The notes beneath the pieces were generated by a model. The model made no database searches, was not told the DNA's origin, and saw only the letters and a program-made list of their open reading frames with translations. The position numbers were made by a program, and so were the translations under genes. Source: Okamejei kenojei (lineage: Eukaryota). From it: 64,000 bases of DNA. The stretch covers positions 5,456,001 through 5,520,000 of the forward strand of contig CM069157.1 of the NCBI GenBank assembly GCA_035221665.1, given 5' to 3'. Of this stretch, positions 49,261 through 60,112 are shown one piece after another. Position 1 is the first letter of the stretch; every line of letters starts with the position of its first letter.

Positions 49261-49457
49261 ATAGACACAAAATGCTGATGTAACTCAGCGGGACAAGCAG
49301 CATCTCTGGAGACAAGGAAAACTCCAGTCTGAAGGAGGGTCTTGACCCGAAACTTCACCCATTCCTTCTCTCCAAAGATGCTGCCTGCTCCGTTGAGTTA
49401 CTCCAGCATTTTGTGTCTATCTTCGGGTTAAACCAGCATTTGTGGTTAATTCCTACA
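49261..49457. repeat. Palindromic element built from two inverted Penelope terminal repeats
   Basis: atagacacaaaatgctg..gtaactcagcgg pairs with ccgttgagttactccagcattttgtgtctat; degenerate hammerhead core at 49328-49355. Confidence 0.75.
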
Positions 49458-50389
49458 CGTTATGTTGGAGATTTGTTAAAAAGTGGTTTGGCCACAACTA
49501 GACGGTTGCATCTGGTTATGGTCACCACACTGCAGGAATTAGTCCCAGAGGGACAGCGAGCAAGAAAGATCAACCAGAATAGTCCCAGAGACGAGGTAAT
49601 ACATGACAGAAAAAGAGATGCGAGTCGTAGTTTTGCATCGTTGCAGCAGAAACAATCAAGAGGAGTTCTGATAGGTATGCAAAGTCTGAGCAGGTTTAGA
49701 TGAAACATACCACATAAAATGACACTTATCCAGATTCCCTTTCTATGCATAAATGCTAGTCCTCTTAAACCACTCAATGTGGAAGCAAATTTGATATTTT
49801 CAACATCTAAGCAGGCCCTGAATTGTTCCTTGGGATTTATCAGTAAAGAATAAGTCTTCTAGTTTTGGACTGCTAACCAGCATCTCCGCCCTTTTACATC
49901 TGTCACAAGTAACCTTTCGTAGTTTACAAAGAACATCTTAATAGCTGATGTGGGATTTTATAATGAGAAAAATATGTCAGAAATGCCTGCAGTAAAGTAT
50001 AAAACCAGAATCAAATTCTAAGTTGTGTGGCTGAATGCTAGAGAATAAGTTTGCTGTCTTCTGTTTTTCGTGTTAATAATGCAATAATAAAAATTGAAAT
50101 TGCTAGATCAAACGTGTTCTAAGTTAAAGAAGTGACTTGATTTGTGAACTTCAATGCTGGATATGAAAACTGCTCAATTGTTCCTCCTAGAGACCATACA
50201 TATTGCAATTCATACAACCATGAGCTGAAGAACCTTTAAATAAACTGGTGGGCTTTAAGATACATACAAAATCGTTCTTCCTTCATATAAGAAAGACAAC
50301 CATAAGTTTAGCTACAACAATAAGATCCATATGCGTGACCTGAGGGAGGTTAAGAGCATCTTATATCCTGTGTATCAGAATCTAAAAAG

Positions 50390-50712
50390 GACAAAGTCCA
50401 GGAGTAACTCAGCAGGTCAAGCACCATCTCTGGAGAACATGCATAGGTGACGAATATGGATAGGTGACATTTCAGGTCGAGACTGTTCTTCAGAACAATT
50501 GTAGAGGGGGGGGGGGGGTGGGAGGAATAGAAAGCTGGAAATGTGGGGGAGGCAGGACAAAGGTTCTGGTCGGCAGGTGATAAATTAGCATAGGCAAGGG
50601 GGATATTTCGTCAGACAAATGCTTGGAACAAAAGCCAGAGATTAGAATAGATGCAAGACAGGTTTGAAGAGTTCCAGACTGCGAAATCAGTAGGAGAAAA
50701 GTAGCAGGAGGT

Positions 50713-50745
<33 letters not shown>

Positions 50746-51000
50746 GGGGAGGTGGGGGGGGGGAGGTGGGGGGGGGGGGGTTAAGAGAGAAATGGGAGGG
50801 AGTTCAGGTTGGGCACAGGGGGTGAGCATTAGTTAGAGATTATTAAAATTGGAGAATTGAACGTTCCTACCGTTAGATTGTAAGCGGAATACAAGGTGTT
50901 ATTCCTCCAGTTTGTGCATGGGCTGACTCTGGCATGGAGGCAGAGCAGTACAGAAAGGTCAGTGTGGGAATGGGAAGGGGAGTTAAAATCGTTAGCAACT
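50390..51000 (-). mobile_element. Degraded Penelope-like 3' region with long G tracts
   Basis: Terminal repeat at 50390-50495; GIY-YIG end at 50830-51000. Confidence 0.65.
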
Positions 51001-51454
51001 ATATCTACGCATTGTAGAGATGAATAAACCATCTACAAAATACAATAGTGGTGTTGTCAAACATTAAGATAAGTAAAATATACAAAATGAGAGAAAATAA
51101 GAACTGCTGAAAGAAAACAAAATGGGCTTATCATCTATGATATTGTCATAGGAAAAAACATTTCAATTTAATACAGGCTCAGATATGGGTAAATCAGTAG
51201 GCATAAAGCATATTTTGTCTTAACAAATATGAGAGGCAAGAATGAAAGGTTTGCATTCAAACATGTTGAAGAAACCCCAATCTTTGGACAAAGGCTCACT
51301 GAAAAGGCCCCAAATTTTGTTTTAAATCAGCAAATGGTCTAAACATGCATATCCAATTGATTTTCATGCCACATGGAACTCCATGGCATAAGATGACAGT
51401 GAGTATTGGACAAGAAGAACTCAACTGATCATGAACCAGCAGAGAAATATTAAG

Positions 51455-52039
51455 ATAATATCGGTGAGACCAAGCGGAGGCTTGGCGATCGCTTCGCCGA
51501 ACACCTCCGCTCGGTCCGCAATAACCAACCCGACCTCCCGGTGGCTCAGCACTTCAACTCCCCCTCCCATTCCACATCCGACCTCTCGGTCCTGGGCCTC
51601 CTCCACGGCCAGAGTGAGCAACACCGCAAGCTGGAGGAACAGCACCTCATATTCCGCTTGGGGAGTCTGCATCCTTTGGGCTTGAATATTGAATTTTCTC
51701 AATTCTGTTAACCCTTGCTGTCTCCTCCCCTTCCCACCTCTCCCTCAGCCCTCGGCCCTGGCATTCCCTCTATCTCTATCTCCCTCCCCCACCCAAGTCG
51801 CACCAGCTTCTCATTTTCACACCACAAACAGCTTACAATGGCTTGTTCCCTTTATCACCGATACTTTTTTGCATATCTTTCACTCATTGTTCCTTATCTC
51901 TCCACATCACCATCTATATCTCTCGTTTCCCTGATCCCTGACCAGTCTGAAGAAGGGTCTCGACCCGAAACGTCGCCTATCTCCTTCGCTCCTTAGATGC
52001 TGCTGCACCCGCTGAGTTTCTCCAGCTTTTTGTGTACCC
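51455..52039 (+). mobile_element. Young 5'-truncated Penelope-like element: GIY-YIG C-terminus (51460-51711) plus terminal repeat
   Basis: Open frame IGETKRRLGDRFAEHLRSV...KLEEQHLIFRLGSLHPLGLNIEFSQFC*; 15-bp TSD CAGAGAAATATTAAG (51440-51454, 52040-52054). Confidence 0.9.
51945..51978 (+). ncRNA. Penelope-type minimal hammerhead ribozyme motif
   Basis: CTGAAGA-A-GGGTC-TC-GACCC-GAAA-C-GTC; stem I is weak in this copy. Confidence 0.55.
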
Positions 52040-54659
52040 CAGAGAAATATTAAGGACTCTTCAAAAAATTAGTGACAATGCATTTAATTTTCAAATCGTG
52101 TATTTAAGGTAGATAAAACAAAGCTACACTGGCGGTGCTCACCTCCTATTCTTCCTGATGCTGAAGAATTGAGCAACAGGTCTATCAAGAGCTGACAGAA
52201 ACCAAATGAATCTTTCAGTGATCACAAAATACTAACAACCTGAGGTTCCAAAGGAGTGAAGCAATTGCCAGTGGAATACAGAAATCGAAGCAATGCAAAG
52301 ATGGACAAAATAATTTTGTTCCAGATAATATTTGTACCTGCTGTTAAAGAGTATTTGAAAACTCTGAACTCCCCCCCCCCAAAAAAAAGCAAATACATTC
52401 TCTTACATACATCCATACCACTTGGCGTTTCATTCTATATATTTATCATCTTCTGTCATCGAAATACAATATATCTGATACATCCCATGGACTCTTAGTA
52501 TAATTCAAAACATGCTGTTTTTAAGAAGACAACGTCACTTTTTGAAATTTCCAGTCACTTTACAGCGTTAAAGATAATATATATTGTTGGTGCCCAGGAC
52601 TCAGAAGCAAGATGTTATAAAGATTTAAGAAAATTGTGACCCATAGGGATGTTTGTTGAAGGATCCTTTGATGATGAACATGACATTTTTCAAACATTTC
52701 ACCAGAATAAACAACCACAGAAGGAATCACTAACATGTGAAAAGTCTCCTTCACAAACCTACTTGCAATTGTGCATAAACGTATGAATTGAAATAGATAA
52801 AGTTGAGGTTATACACACTTTAAGTGATTGAAATTATAGTAAATGTACCAAATCCATGGAAGATGAAAGGAAATGATAAAAAAAAATCTGAATGTGATCT
52901 TCGAAGAGAATAAAATGACTCACTAGAGCTGCTTCTGCATTCAATAGTCTTCAAATCTGTATTTGAAATACAACCTTGCTATTCAGAATAGGAAAAAAAA
53001 CACCAAACAGGCAGTCATATGCAATTTATTCAAGGGAGCTTCTACTGGTTGCCATACATTTCCAGACACAGATCACAAGGAAGTGCAGTAAGACCTTAGG
53101 GAAATGCAAGATCCCGAGGAAGTGCAATAGCACATAAAGGAATGGAAGTGAGATTTCTCTCATACGCATTAGCCATTTGATTAACCATTATTTTACTTGA
53201 CCAGTGCACATCAAGTCAGATACTCTCCTGGTTACAAATGACACCAATTACAGACATTTGACTTTACACAAGTTCTCTGATATGTTTTTAAAGCATTTTT
53301 TACCTAAACAATAATAAAATGGTCTTGATAAACAACTAGATAAAAGCAAGTGTATGCAGAATGATGCAATATGGGCTACTAAAGAAAGTGGACATTTTAC
53401 TTGCGGGGAAATTATGGAGAGGTCTCAGAAATATAAAGTAACCTGGGAACTGCCTGTAGAGCAGGATCATTTTACACTTCTGCAAATAAATATTATGATT
53501 ACCAGTACAAAATATAAATAAATCCTTTGCGATAATTTGTAAGTCATTTACACAATTCATTGACATATTTTGTAAGTCATAAGATTCCAAATGTTGACTC
53601 AATATTAAATTTTATCCATATTTACTGAAGTTTCTCTATCGAGACAATGGTTTATTTTATTTTTTTAAATTGTGTTTCAAATTGGCATATTGGAAAGATT
53701 CCTTCCTCCCCCCCCCCTCCCCTCCCCCAAGGTAAAAAGGAAGCAAAAACTAAAACGTCAGTTAAGAGAACTAAAATCTCTCCACAGTTTAACTGAAAAC
53801 ATTGGTAATCTCAATATGCCTTTCCTAAGGTAACACAGTAATGCCACATTAGTCACAAGTTAATTTGTTAGGAAATCTTAACCGTATTGCCTTTTCAACC
53901 TATTTCCCCATTACTCAATTTACAGAACAATTCTACTGTTGCAGCATTAACCCACTCATTACTAAAACCCATTTCAGTTCATTAGCCAATTCCCTCATCC
54001 ATGCCAATTTGGTATATTACCCCAACCCTGTGTGCTCTTATCTAATGCAATAACCTATTCTACTGCATCTTGTCATGTCTGTAGCTACCACAGTTACGAT
54101 CCTTGGATCGAGGCTGGATCTGGCCCAATTTGATAACTGCATGTGGCAAGAATGTTATCTTGGCTTATCCCCCTTAATAATAATTAGATATCAATGAAAC
54201 TACGATGTCTCAATTTTACTTTGCTCACTTGTCTTACAAATTTTATCTCCATTAGTGTTATTACTTTATGGATATAGCATAAATCAAAAATGAACCCACC
54301 CATGTATTTGGCAAAAGAGCACATAGCTAAAATGCAATAACCTCAATATTATTTTTCTTTGTATAAACTCATATCTCCAGCTACGAACCCCTGGAAGTGT
54401 GTTTCTGATAGCTCAGCAATTCTTGATTCTGTGGCGGCGTACATGCAAACACAAGTTGCGGTCCAGCTGTATAGGGGGCAGAACTGGTCGAGCATTTCAG
54501 GCTGTGTATCTGCACATCTCTGTGGGGAAATGCACCTCATTGAACTTTAAGAAAAATTAACAGTTGTAAAATTCATCACCTAACCAAAACCAAAGGTATC
54601 GAAGAATAATTTTCTATTGCTACCAGAGCAACACAACAAAATCACAATACAAGTCCCAT

Positions 54660-55213
54660 GCCCCTGTCCCATAGGCTGTTTTCACGTGGTCGCCTGTATG
54701 GTCGTGAGTAATCTCCTCAAGTCGCCTGAAAAGTTGTAACGTTTTTAGGCCCCCGCTGGATTTTGAAATGTTCAAAACTTTTTGGCGACTGAGGGCTTGA
54801 CGTAGCTTGTCTTCTCCAGTCGTGGGTGCTGTCATAGGCTGTCGCCAGGATGACGCTGGGTGACGTTGGTTGTCGCCGGGTGCTGACTTCGGTGAATTCC
54901 ATTGGCAACTACCTATGTCAACCAGCGACAGGTACCGACGACTGAAGTGTCTTCAGTTGTTTGCCGACAGGGTTGTTGCTTGTAGTACCTTGTCACGGGT
55001 GGACGTAGGTCGACTTTGGTTGTCGTATGTTGTCGCCTGTGTGGTTGTAGTTTGTCGTAGGTGTGGCCGTAGGTGGGCGCTCTGTCGCGACGATTGGGTC
55101 GCCGGTTGTGGGTAGCTTGCCACTAGGTGGTAGGTTGTTGTAGACATTGTCGTGCGGTGGGGGGGGGGGGGGGGGGGGTCGCCGAAAAAAATCGCCTAAG
55201 TGGGACAGGCCCT
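54660..55213. mobile_element. Harbinger-like MITE rich in GTCGCC/GGCGAC motifs
   Basis: Ends CCCTGTCCCA(..)TAGGC / GCCTAAGTGGGACAGGCCC, related to the 19904-20221 TIR; left end is degraded. Confidence 0.6.
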
Positions 55214-56957
55214 TCAGTTTCTTGTCAAGTTATCTGTCCCAAATTGGAACAACAATATGACACAAAGTGCTACACTAACTCAACAAGTCAGGCAGCATCT
55301 ACAGGCAGCTACCCGCTGCTGACCCGCTGAGTTAGTCCAGCACTTTGTGTCTTTTTTTTGTAAACCAGCATCTGCACTTCCCAGTTTCTACAATCAATAT
55401 ACTTCAGCAACTCAATGATATAATATAAGGAGTTAATTCTACTTTAATCTTTCAGATCATGATTCCTGCACATCCCGTGACTCACCTAATAAAAAACAAA
55501 TTGCTGGAGTAACTTAGTGGACCAGATAACATCGATGGTGGGAAATGGACAGATGATGTTTCAGTCAGAATCTTCTTCAGACTGATCAAATGACCAAATC
55601 GATTTAGAGATTTTATTCTTCTTCAAACCTAACTTTAAAGAAAAAGACTTCAGTTTCCAGCCCTTCATTAATTATATTGCCCACAATTGTTCAGTATCAA
55701 AAGTAATTAATTTGAAAACATAAAACTATAGGATTCAAGAATACAAGAAAAACCTCGTTATAAACGACACTAGAAATACAAGAGATGAATACTAATTCAT
55801 CAAAACCCACACTGGGATTACAAGAACCAGATATCACAATTAATGAGATGCACAACTGAAGCGCTTCTCAATAAGTGAACAGGCTATTGCAAAAGTAATG
55901 GTAGCTGGCGTGACTAATAAGGGTTGTATTATGTACAAGCATTGTTCACCGTTAACTATAGCAAAGTCGAACTAGTATGGTTCACAAGTGATACTTCAAC
56001 CGATTTCAAGGTTACTCCTTAAGTGTTTCCGCCTTTACACTTCACCTCATGAAATATCATTCCTTCATCAATGCAAGGGTTCTTCTCCTTCTGACACAAA
56101 GTAATGGATAAACAGGGGATCTGAATAAGATAACGCCTACTAATAAGTCCGTTGCTATTTTTAGTTTTTAGTTTACCTGTTACAAACCTTTTTCCTTATG
56201 GTTTTTCTTCTTGTTCCTCACTGCTTGAAATAGAAAAGTAAAAAAGGGACCTAAAGCTGAAATGTCCACACCAATAGAAGCTTCAGCAGCTCTCCAGACT
56301 TCCAGTTACAACTCTTGCTATTCAAATTCTGTCTTATTCAATGGCTGTCCCCGATATATGCTCTTAAAATTCTGTATATTCCCCAAATGTTACTAGTTTC
56401 ACGAGTGATCTTTAATTGATGCCTTTTCATCCACTTGCCAATCACACCAATATAAAATACAAGTTCCTCTGCAATCAGAGCACTGAACCAACCTCCAACA
56501 AGCTCCAAGAAAGACAATGAATGTCAACTGAAAAGCCTAAGGTTGAAAAGAAAACATTTATATACATATTAGGCTCCCTTATAATCAATGAAGCCAACTA
56601 ATAGTTGACCACCTGGACCTGGTCCAACTTACAAATACTAGAAGACATCTGTGGCATGTTTCTTGACCAAATCGGAATCTAGTTACATTAAAAGAACCAC
56701 CCTAGATTCTGAGAAAATCCCGAAATTCCCAGAAAACGGAAAATGAAACAGAAATACCGATTTCAAGATGATACTACCAACACATGTCCATCCCATCACA
56801 ATTCTATTAAGCTTAATCATTTTCTTCCAAAGAGATACAATCTTCTTGAAACAAAATCATTAAGGCCAATTTATATGACAAATGAGAGTGAAGGTGAAAG
56901 GTTATGAAGATTAATGGAGGCACAAGGAACTGCAGATGCTGGTTTACAAAAAAGACA

Positions 56958-57180
56958 CATAGAAACATAGAAAAACATAGAAAATAGGTGCAGGAGTAGG
57001 CCATTCGAGCCTGCACCACCATTCAATATGATCATGGCTGATCATCCAACTCGGTATCCTGTACCTGCCTTCTCTCCATACCCCTGATCCCTTTAGCCAC
57101 AAGGGCCACATCTAACTCCCTCTTAAATATAGCCAACGAACTGGCCTCAACTACCTTCTGTGGCAGAGAATTCCACAGAT
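56958..57180 (-). mobile_element. CR1 3' fragment nested in a palindromic Penelope-derived element (56919-57372)
   Basis: (CATAGAAA)n tail and aataggtgcaggagtaggccattcg; the host repeat resumes at 57181. Confidence 0.75.
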
Positions 57181-59723
57181 ACACAAGCTGCTGGAGTAAC
57201 TTGGCAGATCAGGCAACATACTCGGTGAACATGCATAGGAGATGTTTTGGGCCAGGACCATTCTTCAGACCAAATTGGATTGAGTGGACTATTCAGAGTC
57301 TAAGGAAGAGTTCTAACATGAAACATCACCTGCCCATGTTCAGCAGTAATGCTGCCTGAACCACTGAGTTATCTGTTGACAGCCCCGATTTTTTCTGGAC
57401 TTTTCGTGTCTCCAGTCACCCCCCCCCCCTCCCCCACACCAACCTCTATCTTTCAGTAAAAGAAGGGGTTCCAACACAAAACATCGCTATTTTCTTTTCT
57501 CCAGAGATGCTGCCTACCTGCTGAGTTACTCCAGCATTTTGTATCTGTCAATTATGTTGTCCTGCAGCAACCAAAGACATGAATGCGACTTGCCCTCACT
57601 ACTTCCCTCTCTTCCAAACTCAGACCATCTGTAGTGCTGTATGAAACGGATTCCTGAAATTTAGCCATCGTTATTTTATTCTGGGAACTTTTGTCATGTG
57701 ATCTGCCTTTGTGTTAAGAATAATCTTCTCATGCCTGCCCTAAAATTGCCATTTGGTGGTTCCAACCTGTTCTTTCACTTGCCTACTGCCTGCTCACTTG
57801 CACTTTATATGGACAGTCAAGTGTGCATACAATCAATTACGTTGTACATGGTCACTACTTAAATAATTCCTTTCCAAGTTCCACCAGCAATCAAGCAGTA
57901 TTAATTTTTTTACTCATTTCAAGTAACCCGTGCTTCCCTTCCCCTTCCTGAATCATCATACCACAGCCAGAGAGCACTGCTGAACTGCACTGTAAATGGC
58001 TCGATTGTAATCATGTATTGTCTTTCTGCTGACTGGACAGCTCACAACAAAGGCTTTTCACTGTACCTCGGTACATGTGACAATAAACTAAACTGAAGCA
58101 TTAGTTCCACTGTTCGCATCCTTGTATCCATGTCATTAGCAGATCTTCCCTAGCCAACAAACTGCCATTATGGACTCCACACTTCCTGAGGCCATCTGTT
58201 GCCAGCCCTGTTTTGTTTTGGTCTTCTGTCTTTCAGTCTGAAGAAGGGTTCTGACCCAAAACCTATTACCTATTCCTTTTCTCCAGAGATGCTGCCTGAC
58301 CCTGAAATACTCCAACATTTTGTGCCTCTCCAAGTTAATATGCTCAAGTTGTTCAGTCTTTTTACCTCCAATTGTGGAGATCAAACTCTTGGGTCCACAC
58401 AGCACTCTGTCAGCATTTCAATGCCTCCCTTTCACCTACAATATTATGACCTTTGCATTGCCCTTTCATATTTCTGTCTGTCAACAGGCATGGGTTCTCT
58501 ATACTTATCGACATACTAACATCTTATGCTTACTGTTATGTACCAATTTTTTTAACTATCAAGGCTACAGTTTTTCTTTTGAAGCGTTGGAAATAAATGT
58601 TAGAATTTAGGATAGAAAGTCTGTGCTGATATTTAAAATTTTAAGAAAAAATGCACACTCGTCAATGTAAAGTGTCAAATATTGTGTTATAAAATAGAAG
58701 ATAGTATCCTATTCCTGATGTCAACACTCCTCCTGCAGGGAAGGGAAATTAACACCTGCTTGATGATATGCACCTATATTCAGATCTTTATATTTAAAGA
58801 AAAGCACATCTGCAAATAAATTGTAAAACCTAATAAAAATACACACCAACTGTTATTTATTCTCATTCTTTTCAAAGATTGAGATATCGGTATTTTTCCA
58901 TCAAAGATCAATGTACCCAAAATATCAATGACAGTTATGATAATTTCCCCCTTTGCTTATTTTCAATAAAATCAATAGATGCCCCAAGTGGGACCAACAC
59001 AAAGGCAAATGGACAAGTGCCTCTGAAACCGTGGATACACAGTTATATAGCAAAAGCAAGTACAATGCTAAAAGTATCAGAGACTACTTATGTTGGAAAC
59101 AGGAACTATTCAAGAGGTGGTCATCTGGCATCATTAATGCTGCAAGATAACATTTCAGATCAATGGCATCAACTGGAAAAGTGGGAAAACTGGCTTATTT
59201 TAATTCATAGAGGAAGGGGGAAGAGGGAGGGAGAGGAGAAAGAGGAGCAGCAACCATGATTAACATACATCAAGAACCTTTAGACCGCACAAACAGCAGT
59301 TTTCCGAATTATCTCAGTCTCCAACCTTATCCACTGTTTTCTCCACAAATCTACATGCTCTGTAAGTTTTTTGTTCTCTCACTTTTGGAGACCTCGTGAT
59401 CACTGATTTGAAAAGTTAACTCCTTTTTCTAACTCTGCTGATGCTGCCCAAACTGCTCCAAGTATCTCTTTTTATTACACCATACTATTATTTTGTTTAC
59501 AAATGTGATCCCGAGACTCAATTTTTTAATGTTTTAGAGATTTGTATAATCATGATTGTAAAGAACTGCATAACATTATTCACCACATCAAAAATTGTGA
59601 AAACATGTGGCATGGCATCCAACCATTGATAAAGATGAAAAGATCTGTGACATCAAAAACATGCTTAGCTATTGTGCATTAAACCTTGTGCATCAAATTT
59701 TGTGAAATTATTTAGCACATTAT

Positions 59724-60112
59724 GCATCTCTGTGAATTGTCACCTTGTCGCAGTGGAGAAGCTTGGGTGGACCTAAGATCCTAAGAGTGATGGCGTCTGG
59801 AGCTATGCTTCTGGTAGGACCACCCACGGCGGTAAGGTCGAGGGGGAGGAATTCAACCAAGACCTCAACGGTGGAACAGGTGGAGGACGATGGCTGACCT
59901 CAATGGAGCGCCACAACAGCTGGGAAGGCGGATGAAGGCTGCAGCAGAAAAGGGTCTCCGGTCATCTTGGACTCCATGCCACTGGTTCCTGACCCAGATC
60001 TGCCTGTGCACCAGTCACCCCACGTTAAACAAAGTCACGCACAGGCGTATTCAATATAGGGAATAGCACCCTGGAGACAGCCATGGTCAGCCATGACCGA
60101 AGGGGGCCTAAG
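59724..60112 (+). mobile_element. RTE-clade (BovB/Rex3-like) LINE 5' UTR fragment
   Basis: caccttgtcg..gtggag, ggagctatgct..ggtagg..cacccacggc..aggtcgagggggagg motifs recalled from RTE 5' ends; interrupts one copy of an older duplication. Confidence 0.55.

Noticed and set aside
50714-50780. Long G/C homopolymer tracts (also about 22536, 26991, 27227, 42591, 55140) as G-quadruplex elements
   Set aside because: Mostly inside decayed repeats; homopolymer length is unreliable in assemblies; no evidence of function.
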